Assembly: GCA_963827235.1 (NCBI GenBank)
Contig: CAWHAE010000012.1
Span: 1,184,001 to 1,248,000 of the forward strand
Reading direction: 5' to 3'
DNA length: 64,000 nucleotides
Origin: an uncultured bacterium
GTDB lineage: Bacteria > Chloroflexota > UBA5177 > JANWHV01
Under the pieces are notes generated by a model. The model saw nothing but the letters and a program-made list of their open reading frames with translations. It ran no database searches and was not told where the DNA came from. A program made the position numbers and the translations under genes. Numbering within the stretch: position 1 is the first letter of the stretch; each line of letters begins with the position of its first letter. This document shows, in pieces, positions 28,651 through 38,321 of this stretch.

Positions 28651-29745
28651 CTACCCCAGTTGCGCCAGGAACTCGTCGATCAGGAAGCCCATGTCCTCCG
28701 GGCCGGGATGGGCCTCGGGATGGAACTGCACGGCGCGGAACGGCTTGGTGCGATGGCGGACGCCCTCGTTGGTCCCGTCGTTGGCATTGCGGAACCAGGG
28801 CTCCCAGCCGTCCGGCAAGGTCGACTCGTCTACGGCGTAGCCGTGGTTCTGGCTCGTGATGTAGCAGCGCCCGCTGTCCACGTCCCGGCAGGGCTGATTC
28901 TGGCCGCGGTGCCCGAACTTCAGCTTGTAGGTGTCCGCACCCGCAGCCAGCGAGAGAATCTGGCTGCCCAGGCAGATGCCGAACGTGGGTACTTCGCGCT
29001 GCAGCAGGCCGCGCAGGTTGGCAATCGTGGGAGCCGCGTCCTTCGGGTCGCCGGGCCCGTTGGAGACCAGCACGCCGTCGAACTCGGTGCCGCAGGCGTA
29101 GGGATCCATGTCCCAGGGCACCTGCACGACGCCGGCGCCGCGCGACAGCAGCGAGCGCAGGATGTTGTTCTTCACGCCGCAGTCCAGCACGGCCACCGTC
29201 GGGCCCGTCTGGCCGCCGGAAGGCCGCAGCACGCGCGGCCGCTCCACGGAGACCTCGCGCAGCAAGCCGGACATATCGAGGTCGGGCACGATCGCGGCGC
29301 GTGCCTCTTCCAGACTCCGCGCCCGCACGATGCGGCCCGGGACAACGCCGAAGTGGCGGAGGTGTTGCGTCAACGCTCTCGTATCGATGCCCTGAATGCC
29401 CGGAATGCCGTGTTCGAGAAGCCACTGGCCGAGGCTGCTCGCCGCGTCGTAATGGCTGGGCTCGGCACAGTAACTGGCCACGATCAGCCCGCGCACCTGG
29501 ATCTGGCCCGATTCGAATTGCTCCGGTATGCCGTCGACTTCCGACTGCGCGGGGATTCCGTAATTGCCGATCAGCGGGTAGGTAAAGATAAGTATCTGGC
29601 CTCTATACGAAGGGTCGGTCAGGCTCTCCGGATAGCCGACCATGCCGGTGGTGAAGACCACCTCGCCCTCCGCCTCGACCGGCGCCCCAAATCCGTATCC
29701 GGGGTAAGCCGTGCCATCTGCCAGCACCAGGAATGCGTCGTTCAT
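28651..29745 (-). CDS. carA: Carbamoyl-phosphate synthase small (glutaminase) subunit
   Basis: GEVVFTTGMVGYPESLTDPSY, YPLIGNYG, SNGPGDP, FGICLG (catalytic Cys), ITSQNHGYAV and VQFHPE. Confidence 0.95.
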   Translation of the reverse strand: MNDAFLVLADGTAYPGYGFGAPVEAEGEVVFTTGMVGYPESLTDPSYRGQILIFTYPLIGNYGIPAQSEVDGIPEQFESGQIQVRGLIVASYCAEPSHYDAASSLGQWLLEHGIPGIQGIDTRALTQHLRHFGVVPGRIVRARSLEEARAAIVPDLDMSGLLREVSVERPRVLRPSGGQTGPTVAVLDCGVKNNILRSLLSRGAGVVQVPWDMDPYACGTEFDGVLVSNGPGDPKDAAPTIANLRGLLQREVPTFGICLGSQILSLAAGADTYKLKFGHRGQNQPCRDVDSGRCYITSQNHGYAVDESTLPDGWEPWFRNANDGTNEGVRHRTKPFRAVQFHPEAHPGPEDMGFLIDEFLAQLG

Positions 29746-29873
29746 CCAGCTCCTCGAAACCCAGTTGGCGGGCGTTCAACCTTCCAGTCAAGTGTAACGG
29801 GTTGCGATGCCGGGCGGCACCCGCGCCTTTTCCGGAAATACATAGCAACCTGTACCGCATACGGCCTCATCTC

Positions 29874-29940
29874 TTGACTTCGGCGCGCGGACAGTTATAA
29901 TTGCAACAGTCAGTAGTTTGTTCAGTGCCTGAACAATTCA
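29874..29940 (+). promoter_or_regulatory. Promoter plus ROK/XylR-like palindromic operator for the sugar ABC operon
   Basis: TTGACT(29874)-16-TATAAT(29896). Perfect TTGTTCAG-tgc-CTGAACAA at 29918-29936, in a tagtttgtt context. Confidence 0.65.
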
Positions 29941-30313
29941 TTCTGCGCTACGCCGATTTGTCTGGGCCGCTCGTGGACCTGCAAGCATTGCGACAGTAGT
30001 TCGTGGCTGGGAAATCACCGAGTTCGTCGTCTCTATCGCGGATTATCGTCCCGAATATCGCTTCACTCAACGATACAGATTGCTATCGGTTTCAGGAAGC
30101 AGCGGTTGCCCGGCTCGGTCTTCGAACCTTGGTCCATCATGGACGCGGTTGCCTTTGGCGCAGGAGTCTCTTGGGTGTATCCGACCCATGAAACGGCACG
30201 TTCCGGAGCGCCCCGATGCGGCACGTTGGCCGGGAAGATCCCGGCCGGCGTGCCGGCAGCGGCGTGGCAAGGAGCCCCGGCTGCCGGCTGAGCGTAGAGT
30301 GTGGTGAGGGCAT

Positions 30314-31357
30314 ATGGCCGTCAAAGGGGATAGCACGACCGCGGACGTGGAAGAAGCGCCCGGCGTCGACGTCGACGCTGCGATCTCCGTCATGCCCTCC
30401 CTGTGGCAGCGAATTCTGATGGTGCCCTGGGTCGGCGTCCTTGTCTTCATCATTGCGCTCTCCGCGTACCTCACGATCGAATACCCTACGATCTTCCCCA
30501 CGCAGAACAATCTCTCCCTCGTCGGCATTGACTTCTCCTACATCGCGATCGCAGCGCTGGGCTCGTGCATCGTGCTCGTCGGCGGCGGCATCGACCTCTC
30601 GCTGGGCTCGGCCATGGGCTTCGCCGGCTTCTGTACAGCGGAAGCGCTCTCCAATGGCTGGCCGCTCGGGGTGTGCATACTCGTCGGCCTCGCCGTGGGA
30701 GCGGCTGTAGGGGCGGTGAATGCCTTCATGATCACGGTCGTCCGGCTCATGCCATTCATCGTCACGCTGGGCATGCTGAGCGTATTGCGCGGTCTGGCGA
30801 CCGGCATCCCCAGCGGTCAGATCGTCTCACCACCGCTGAACTTCAACGGAACCACCTTCAATGCCATCGGTCAGAATTCGTGGGGGCCGATCCCTATCTC
30901 CATCTTCTTGCTGCTGGTCCTGGCGGTACTGTGTCATTTCTTCTTGAACAACACGACGTGGGGCCGCCACATTTACGCCGTGGGCGGCAACGAGGCTTCG
31001 GCGCGGCTGCTTGGTATCAAGGTCAACCGGGTCAAGTGGACGATGTACATCATCGCCGGCATGCTGTCGGCAATTGGCGGCATGGTGTTGGCCGCGCGCC
31101 TCGGCTCGGCGTTGCCTGACAATGGGCAGGGAGACGAGCTGATCTGTATCACATCCGCAGTCATCGGCGGCGCCGCCTTGACTGGCGGTGAGGGAAGCAT
31201 CTTCGGCGTGGTGATCGGCGCCGCGCTGCTGGCGCTGATCCAGAACGCGCTCGAGATCCTGGGCTGGGGCAACTACTGGCAGGACTTGGTCACAGGCTGT
31301 GTCATCCTGCTGGCCGTCACCGTGGACCAGCTGCGGCGCCGACTGCGTCGGACGTGA
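30314..31357 (+). CDS. Monosaccharide ABC transporter permease (RbsC-like)
   Basis: GGIDLSLGS, PFIVTLG, GRHIYAVGGNEASARLLGI and ITSAVIGGAALTGGEG. Confidence 0.93.
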   Translation: MAVKGDSTTADVEEAPGVDVDAAISVMPSLWQRILMVPWVGVLVFIIALSAYLTIEYPTIFPTQNNLSLVGIDFSYIAIAALGSCIVLVGGGIDLSLGSAMGFAGFCTAEALSNGWPLGVCILVGLAVGAAVGAVNAFMITVVRLMPFIVTLGMLSVLRGLATGIPSGQIVSPPLNFNGTTFNAIGQNSWGPIPISIFLLLVLAVLCHFFLNNTTWGRHIYAVGGNEASARLLGIKVNRVKWTMYIIAGMLSAIGGMVLAARLGSALPDNGQGDELICITSAVIGGAALTGGEGSIFGVVIGAALLALIQNALEILGWGNYWQDLVTGCVILLAVTVDQLRRRLRRT

Positions 31358-31613
31358 TTCAGCTTTCATACAGAAACGGTCGCGGGCGTGCTTGGCTCTG
31401 CTCCCGCGGCGACTGTGGATAGGATGAGCCGGCTCCCGGTTCCGGCCGGTGAGTGAGGCAGGTTGAAGGGAGGTGTGACGAAGAGAGGGCACCGGTGGGG
31501 TCACCGCGCTTGCCGCGGGCGGCCGCGCATGTAGAGCCGCGACCACAACTCGGGTTGTGCTTTGCGGCAGAGCAGCGTCCTTGAAGATAAACACCGAAGA
31601 AGGAGACGTTCTC

Positions 31614-32732
31614 ATGGCGGATGATACTATTCGCGACGAAGCAGTTCCGAGCCCACTCGATACCAAGGTCAGCCGCGCCGGGTTGCTGAAGGCCGGTGCC
31701 GTGGCCGCGGCCGGGTTGGCAGCCGCCAGCGCTTGGCCGCGCGGCACGATGGCCGCTCCCGTGCGCATCAGCAAGACGTTCCGTATCGCTATCGTGCCCA
31801 AGGGGCTGGACAACCCCGTGTTCAACACGGCCAACTGGGGCGGCGCCTGGCGCGCTAAGCAGCTGGGCGACGTGGACTTCACGTATACCGGCTCGGCCGT
31901 GTCCGACGCGGCCCCGCAGGTGACGGTGGTCGACGGCCTGATCGCCGCCGGCTACGACGGCATCGGTATCAGCTGCAACGCGCCGCAGCCCTTGCTTGAA
32001 CCGATCAATTACGGCATCAAGAAGGGCATCGTGATCATGACCTGGGACTCGGACTCGCCGAAGAGCAACCGCCCGGTGTTCTATGGTGTCGACGGCTACA
32101 AGTGCGGCCAGCTCGAGTCCCAGATCGTGAACAAGTGGACCGGCACCAAGTCGGGCGACGTATGGGTGCTCAGCGGCGATCCCGGTGCCGACAACCTCAA
32201 CCAGCGTGTGGCCGGCGTGAAGAACGCCTTGGCTCCGCGCCTCAAGATCGTCGAGACCGCCTACGCCAAGGGCGACTCCGCACAGATCTGCATCCAGGAC
32301 ATCGAGCTCGCCGTCACCAAGTACCCGAGCCTCCTCGCCATGATCTGGGTAGGCGGCTGGCCGCTGTTCACCAACGCCACGCTGCCCAACCTGACCAAGG
32401 CCACGAAGGCCGGCCTGAAGGTGGTCTCGTTCGACTACCTTGCGGCGGAGCTTCCGTGGGTAGCCAGGGGCCAGATCGGCGCCCTGGTCGGACAGGATTA
32501 CTGGGGCTGGGGCTACCAGTCGGTCCAGATCATCCATGAGCTGCTGAAAGGCAAGAAGTTCAAGTCCTCCTTCATCCCACAGGCCAGTCCGGTGGTCACG
32601 AAGGACAACCTGGCTCCCTACCAGAAGCTCTGGACGCTGGCCACGCCCGACAACTGGAAGAAGAACCCGGCAAGCGTCGCCAATGCCTTCGCTACGCTGC
32701 TGGGGGGCGAAGCGCCCATCATGGGCAGCTGA
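31614..32732 (+). CDS. Sugar ABC substrate-binding protein (RbsB/Peripla_BP_4-like) with a Tat-like signal
   Basis: AAGGAG RBS. SRAGLLKAG signal, IAIVPKGLDNPVF, TWDSD, NLNQRVAG and LVGQDYWGWG. Confidence 0.9.
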   Translation: MADDTIRDEAVPSPLDTKVSRAGLLKAGAVAAAGLAAASAWPRGTMAAPVRISKTFRIAIVPKGLDNPVFNTANWGGAWRAKQLGDVDFTYTGSAVSDAAPQVTVVDGLIAAGYDGIGISCNAPQPLLEPINYGIKKGIVIMTWDSDSPKSNRPVFYGVDGYKCGQLESQIVNKWTGTKSGDVWVLSGDPGADNLNQRVAGVKNALAPRLKIVETAYAKGDSAQICIQDIELAVTKYPSLLAMIWVGGWPLFTNATLPNLTKATKAGLKVVSFDYLAAELPWVARGQIGALVGQDYWGWGYQSVQIIHELLKGKKFKSSFIPQASPVVTKDNLAPYQKLWTLATPDNWKKNPASVANAFATLLGGEAPIMGS

Positions 32733-32895
32733 TACTGATGTAGTCTAGTCTTGCGCGCGCTCGCACGGTGTGCGAGCGGCACTGGTTCCGCGAAGACTCG
32801 CGGAACCAGTGCCGGCGCGAGGCGACCTTCGCTCCAGATCGGCCGCAGTCGAGTCGTGCGGAGCAGCCATAGCACAGCAGCAGAGGACCAGTTCG

Positions 32896-33705
32896 ATGCA
32901 GCAGACGCAGGACGCATCGCCGACCCGGCAAGCCGTGGACGCGCCAGCGGCGACGCCGGTACTGGAGGCATACGGCATCAGCAAGGCCTTTGGACCGGTG
33001 AAGGCACTCGTCGGCGTCGACTTCAATCTGTGTCCTTCCGAGGTCGTGGGCATCGTGGGCGATAACGGCGCCGGCAAGTCCACGTTCATCAAGATTCTGG
33101 CCGGCGCCTTGACACCGGATGCCGGGCATGTCGCGGTCGACGGCCGGACGGTGGCGTTTCGCAATCCGCTCGATGCTCGCCGCGCCGGTATCGAGACGGT
33201 ATACCAGGATCTCGCCGTCGTGCCGCTGCTGGATATCGCTTCGAACCTCTTCCTTGGTCGCGAGGAGATCTATAGCGGCCCGTTTTCCGTCTTGCATGTT
33301 CTGAACAAGCGCGCCATGCGCCGCCATGCCATGGAAAACATCTCCGTCCTGAAGATCGGCATCAAGTCGGTCCGCCAAGCCGTGGGAACCTTGTCGGGCG
33401 GCCAGCGCCAGGGTGTTGCGGTGGCGCGCGCCGTGGCCTGGAGCCGCAAGATCGTCATCCTCGACGAGCCGACAGCCGCCTTGGGCGTCCAGGAATCGCG
33501 TGGAGTGCTCGAGCTGATCAAGCGCGTGCGGTCGCACGGCGTGGGCGTTATCCTTATCAGCCACAACATGCCGCACGTATTCGAAGTCACCGACCGGATC
33601 TTCGTGCTGCGCCATGGCGTTCATGTGGGCACCGTGCGCACGTCCGAGACCAGCTATGAACAGGTCGTGCGCCTGATCACCGGCGCCGAGGTCCATACGG
33701 CCTGA
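32896..33705 (+). CDS. Sugar ABC transporter ATP-binding protein (single domain)
   Basis: GDNGAGKS, LSGGQRQ, ILDEPT and ISHN. Confidence 0.93.
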   Translation: MQQTQDASPTRQAVDAPAATPVLEAYGISKAFGPVKALVGVDFNLCPSEVVGIVGDNGAGKSTFIKILAGALTPDAGHVAVDGRTVAFRNPLDARRAGIETVYQDLAVVPLLDIASNLFLGREEIYSGPFSVLHVLNKRAMRRHAMENISVLKIGIKSVRQAVGTLSGGQRQGVAVARAVAWSRKIVILDEPTAALGVQESRGVLELIKRVRSHGVGVILISHNMPHVFEVTDRIFVLRHGVHVGTVRTSETSYEQVVRLITGAEVHTA

Positions 33706-33843
33706 GCGCGCTCGACGGCCAGGTCGGGCGGAAGTGCCTCTCCCGTTGGCGAGCAGACAGGCCTATACCGAAGCCACGATGGGATCTACATGAACGTGTG
33801 CTGACGACCGCACGACGCCTGCGGGTTTCACCGTGGCCTCACT

Positions 33844-35697
33844 TTAGGTTGCTGCCGCGAGGGGAAGCCTCAGCCTGAACACACTGCCGCCGGCGCCGGT
33901 CGTTTCCAGGACCAGGTCACCGCCCATCGCCTCGGCAAGCTGGCGGCTCAGGTACAGCCCCAGACCCGTGCCCACATGCCCGCTCCGGCTGCGACTGCCT
34001 TCCACGCGACCGAAGCGCTGGAACAACCGGTCGCGCCCGATCTCGGGCACGCCGGGCCCTGTATCCTTGACCCGCATCGCGGCCCAAACGGCCCTCCCAG
34101 AGTCGCCGGGTAGACCGTCTTGCTCCAGCTCCCAGGTGATGCGCACCGCCCTGCCACCCGGCGAATACTTCGCCGCGTTATCTGCCAGGTTCACCACGAT
34201 CTGCAGCACGCGATCGGCATCCGCCAGCACCGTCAGGTCCGATGGTCCGAACAGATCGACGTGAACGCCGCGATGATTGGCCTCGACTTCTTCCGCGGCA
34301 CGATGAATCTGCGTCGCCAGGTCGACGGCGGTGCGTGCCAGGCGCATAGGACCGCCCTCCAGCCGGCTGAGCAACAACAGATCCTGCACCAGCTTGAGCT
34401 GCCGGTTGGCGGAGAGGACGATGAGCCGCACGCGGTCGCGCCGCTGCGCATCCGGCAGGCTGTCCCAACGCCCCTCCAGCAGCTCGCCGTAGCCGATGAT
34501 CGCGGTCAGTGGGCTGCGCAGCTCATGGCTCACCGTGGCGACGAACTCGTTGCGCAGCTCGGCCAGCTCGGTCGCGGCGCGCGCGTGCTCGAGCTCGGCC
34601 TGCAGCAGCCGCTTCTGCTCCCCGACGTCTTGCAGCAGAAGCAGCAAGTGCGGTGCATCCTGACTGGTGAAGGAGACGGCGGTAGCCTGCACCCAACGAT
34701 CCTGCCCAAAGGTGGTGATCAGGTGCAGCTCCTTGCTGTGCACGCGGCCACTGCTCAGCGCCGCCACGGCCAGATCGTAAAGACCCGACTCCCGCCATGA
34801 GTGGAGCTTGCGGAAATCCAGCGTGGTCAGAACGTCCGCGGGCGCGCCGACCAGGGCCTCGGCTGCCGGATTCGCCAGCACGCAGGAGCCACTCGCCTGG
34901 TAGGCAAGAATGCCGACCGGTGACACGGAGATGATACGCTCGTTCAGGGCCAGCGCTTCCGCCAGGCGTCTTTCCCTCAGCTTCCGGTCCGTGATGTCGT
35001 GCAGGAATATCAGGAAGCTGTCACTCGATGCCACGTATGTGGCACTCACCTCCACATCGAGGATACGGCGATCTCCGGTCCGCAGCTGCGTTTCGAAGCG
35101 CTGGTAGCCACGTTGCGTGATGACGGCGAGGCGCCGGCGCGTCTCCTCCGGCGATTCCTGTGCTTCCAGGTCGGACACGCGCATCCGAAGCAGGCCCTGC
35201 GGCGCGTAGCTCAGCATGACCGCAAACTGGTCGTTTACTTCCAGCAGGTGCCCCTCCCGGTCAAGCACGACGACGCCATCCAACGTGGCAGCCATCACGC
35301 CGCGCAGCTTCTCCGCTGCCTCAGCGAGATCTCGCTCGGCCCGGCGAAGCTCGGTGGCATCATGGACGACCGAGGCCAGCAGTCGCCGGCGGCCGACCAC
35401 TATAGGACTGGAGTAGACGTCCACGTCGCGCAGGGCGCCGGACGCCACGCGGTGGACGAAGCGAAAGTAGTTGGCACGCCGTCCCTGGGCGCGTTCCATC
35501 TCCTTCGCCAGTGCGCCGGCATCGAGAAGATTGAGATCGTTGACTAGCATTGTCTTTAGCTGCTCGACCGTATACCCATAGAAGGCAGCGGCAGCCGGGT
35601 TGGCATCGACAATCCGTCCGCCCGCGGGATCGATGATCAGCATGACGGACATGGTTGCCTCGAAGAAGGCTCCGTAGCGCGCGGCACGCTTGCTCAT
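33844..35697 (-). CDS. Soluble PAS-PAS-PAS histidine kinase (orphan)
   Basis: Three PAS domains (IVDANPAA, LEVNDQF, LANPAA). H-box VSHELRSP, NAAKYS, DTGPG and GTGLGL. Confidence 0.92.
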   Translation of the reverse strand: MSKRAARYGAFFEATMSVMLIIDPAGGRIVDANPAAAAFYGYTVEQLKTMLVNDLNLLDAGALAKEMERAQGRRANYFRFVHRVASGALRDVDVYSSPIVVGRRRLLASVVHDATELRRAERDLAEAAEKLRGVMAATLDGVVVLDREGHLLEVNDQFAVMLSYAPQGLLRMRVSDLEAQESPEETRRRLAVITQRGYQRFETQLRTGDRRILDVEVSATYVASSDSFLIFLHDITDRKLRERRLAEALALNERIISVSPVGILAYQASGSCVLANPAAEALVGAPADVLTTLDFRKLHSWRESGLYDLAVAALSSGRVHSKELHLITTFGQDRWVQATAVSFTSQDAPHLLLLLQDVGEQKRLLQAELEHARAATELAELRNEFVATVSHELRSPLTAIIGYGELLEGRWDSLPDAQRRDRVRLIVLSANRQLKLVQDLLLLSRLEGGPMRLARTAVDLATQIHRAAEEVEANHRGVHVDLFGPSDLTVLADADRVLQIVVNLADNAAKYSPGGRAVRITWELEQDGLPGDSGRAVWAAMRVKDTGPGVPEIGRDRLFQRFGRVEGSRSRSGHVGTGLGLYLSRQLAEAMGGDLVLETTGAGGSVFRLRLPLAAAT

Positions 35698-36029
35698 GCA
35701 GGTCCTGCCTCATCATGCGGACGCAGCCTTACAACTCTATGCACCAACGTGCCGATCTCTGCAGCAGATGTCAAGGAGCGCGCGGCTCAGACGAGGCGCA
35801 GGTCATTCGTCTGCTCGATCGCCTCGCAGCCGGTGACACGCTCGGTCGGCTCTTGAGCGCCGGCGAACGACGCTGCGCGTGCATCCGGGGGGCCGCGAAG
35901 CCGACGGCAGAGGCTGAGCTCGTCAGGTGTGGGGTCTACCTGCGCCGACTGTTGGGGGATTGTGACCTTTGCAACCGCTGTCTACGATGACGGAGCGCAC
36001 AACTGGATCAGGGAGCATTATTGGGTACG

Positions 36030-38261
36030 ATGGCAGAAGGCTATCTCACCAGCAGCCAGGCGGCCCGGATCCTCGGTGTTTCCAGGCGGGCGGTGCTCCA
36101 CGCGGTGGCGGCGGGCAAGCTCTGTCCAGCCTGCCGGATGCCCGGCGGCGCGCTCCGTTTCGCGAGTGCCGACGTCGAGCACTACGCTCAGTGGCGGACT
36201 CTGGAGCGGCAGAAGCGCGTGCGGGCACGGCGCGTCGCCGGCGAGCCGGTACGTCTGCGCGATGCCGCCGACGCGGAGACCCGTTTCCACGCCACGGTGC
36301 TCGGCGCCGTGGGCCAGACAGTACTCGCCATGGACGTGGACCGCGCCATCACCTACTGGAACCGCGCCGCGGAGGCAATGTTTGGGTGGGAAGCCGCCGA
36401 AGTGCTGGGCCGCGGCATCGCCGAGGTGACCCAAACCTCGGCGTCTGCCGAGGACACGGCCCGCGTCATGTCCGTGTTGGCACGGGGAGAGACCTGGTCG
36501 GGTGAGCTCGAAGTCAGTCGCCGGGACGGCACCGTGTTCCCTGCCCTCGTGACTGCCACGCCGATCGTCGATCCCGCCGGCAAGCTGGGAGGCATCGTCG
36601 TCATATCGGTGGACCTGACGGCGAGGCGGCAAGCGGACGAGCGCCTGCGGCAGAGCGAGCAGGACTTCCGCTTGCTGGCAGAGAACTCCTCCGACTTGAT
36701 CACGCGGCTCACCCCGGACCTGGTCGTGATCTATGCTTCGCCTTCCGCCCGCCAGGTGCTGGGATTCGATCCCGAAGAGCTCAAGGGACGGCCGATCAGG
36801 GAAGTCATCCATGAGGACGATTGGGATGCCGTCGCGCAGACGGCAGAGCGGGCGCTCGCTCAGCCGGTAAGTGAATCCGTCGCCTACCGGCATTTGCGCG
36901 CCGACGGCACGTACGTATGGGTGGAGACGACCGGCCGAGCCAAGCGCGATGAGCGGACAGGCCAGGTGCTCGAGATCCAGGCGGACACGCGCGACATCTC
37001 GGCGCGCAAGCGTGCCGAGGACTTACTGCGTGATCTGGCCCATGAGCGCCTCGGTCAAGCCCGCGTAGCCGAAGCGCTTTCCGAGGCCAGCGCCGCTCTG
37101 GCTGCCGTCGCGGAGCCGGCGAGCCTTCACGGGTCCATCCTGGGGCAGATGGCACGCGTTGTGCCCTGTAGCTCGGCACACGTCCTCGCCTACCGCGACG
37201 GCTGGGCCGTGGTGGTGGGCGCCCATGGCGAGCCACACCTCCCATCCGGATACAGGATGGGACCTCTCGCCGGGATCGAGGGCTTCTTCCCGCGCTCCGC
37301 GGAGCACGCGCGACTGCTGAGCGAGACGCGCGACGCTGCAGGCTGGCCCAGTCTGCCGCCCTGGGTGGGCGAGAACGAGCTGCGCAGTGCCATCGTCGTG
37401 CCGTTGATCGTGCAGGGAGAGACCTACGGCTGCCTCCTGGTCGGCAGCACCACACCCGGAGTCTTGGGTCCGCGCGAGTTCCAGGTCGTACGCGCCTTTT
37501 CAGAGCGGATAGTACAGGCCGTCTGGAACGCGCGGCTGCAGCAGTTGGAGCAGGATCGAACACGTGCTACCCAATACCTGGATTCGTTGCGCAGCGAGTT
37601 CGTGGCCATAGTGAGCCACGAGCTGCGCACGCCGCTCGCCGCCGTGCTGGGCTTCGCCGAAGTGCTGGAGGCTCGCTGGACGCAGCTCACCGACGCCCAA
37701 CGAAGGCTGCACGTGCAGCGGATCGTCATGGCAGCCAACCGGCAGCAGCGGCTGATCGACGATATACTGCGAATGAGCGCACTTGAGTCCGAGTCGTTTG
37801 CCGCCGTGTCTCGAGAAGTACCGCTGCTGGAGGTCGTAAGCCGCGCCATGGACGTGGTGAATGCCAGCTACCCCAGCCAGCGCATCGAGGCCGACGGGCC
37901 GCTTGACCTGGCGGTGGCGGCCGATCCCACACACCTAGAGCAGGTACTGGTCAATCTGCTGGATAACGCGGCCAAGTACTCTCCAGAAGGCAGCCCGATC
38001 GAGGTGCACTGGGTCCGGGACGGCGGGATGGCGGTCATCCGGGTGTATGATCACGGGCCCGGCATCCCAGAGCAAGGACGCGGTGTCCTCTTCTCGCGCT
38101 TTGGCAGGCTGCCGGGCAGCCGAGCCCGGGCCGGTCACGTGGGCATGGGCCTCGGCCTGTTTCTGGGCCGTAAGTACGCGGAAGCCATGGGCGGTAGCCT
38201 CGACCTGGAGTCGTCGGATGAGAGCGGCAGCGTTTTCGGCCTGCGGTTGCGCCTGGCTTAG
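36030..38261 (+). CDS. Soluble histidine kinase with N-terminal excisionase-like (HTH_17/MerR-superfamily) HTH, PAS-PAS-GAF (orphan)
   Basis: YLTSSQAARILGVSRRAVLHAVAAGKLCPACRMPGGALRF, two PAS/PAC domains, GAF (SAIVVPLIVQGETYGCL), VSHELRTP, NAAKYS, DHGPG and GMGLGL. Confidence 0.92.
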   Translation: MAEGYLTSSQAARILGVSRRAVLHAVAAGKLCPACRMPGGALRFASADVEHYAQWRTLERQKRVRARRVAGEPVRLRDAADAETRFHATVLGAVGQTVLAMDVDRAITYWNRAAEAMFGWEAAEVLGRGIAEVTQTSASAEDTARVMSVLARGETWSGELEVSRRDGTVFPALVTATPIVDPAGKLGGIVVISVDLTARRQADERLRQSEQDFRLLAENSSDLITRLTPDLVVIYASPSARQVLGFDPEELKGRPIREVIHEDDWDAVAQTAERALAQPVSESVAYRHLRADGTYVWVETTGRAKRDERTGQVLEIQADTRDISARKRAEDLLRDLAHERLGQARVAEALSEASAALAAVAEPASLHGSILGQMARVVPCSSAHVLAYRDGWAVVVGAHGEPHLPSGYRMGPLAGIEGFFPRSAEHARLLSETRDAAGWPSLPPWVGENELRSAIVVPLIVQGETYGCLLVGSTTPGVLGPREFQVVRAFSERIVQAVWNARLQQLEQDRTRATQYLDSLRSEFVAIVSHELRTPLAAVLGFAEVLEARWTQLTDAQRRLHVQRIVMAANRQQRLIDDILRMSALESESFAAVSREVPLLEVVSRAMDVVNASYPSQRIEADGPLDLAVAADPTHLEQVLVNLLDNAAKYSPEGSPIEVHWVRDGGMAVIRVYDHGPGIPEQGRGVLFSRFGRLPGSRARAGHVGMGLGLFLGRKYAEAMGGSLDLESSDESGSVFGLRLRLA

Positions 38262-38321
38262 CCACTTCCTGGGCACAAATGGTATACTCTTTGCAAGTAT
38301 GTCATATCATGTGTGGCTCCG

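Noticed and set aside
36030-36200. Prophage/ICE excisionase
   Set aside because: The HTH is fused in frame to a PAS kinase, and no integrase, att-like repeat or phage genes lie nearby.
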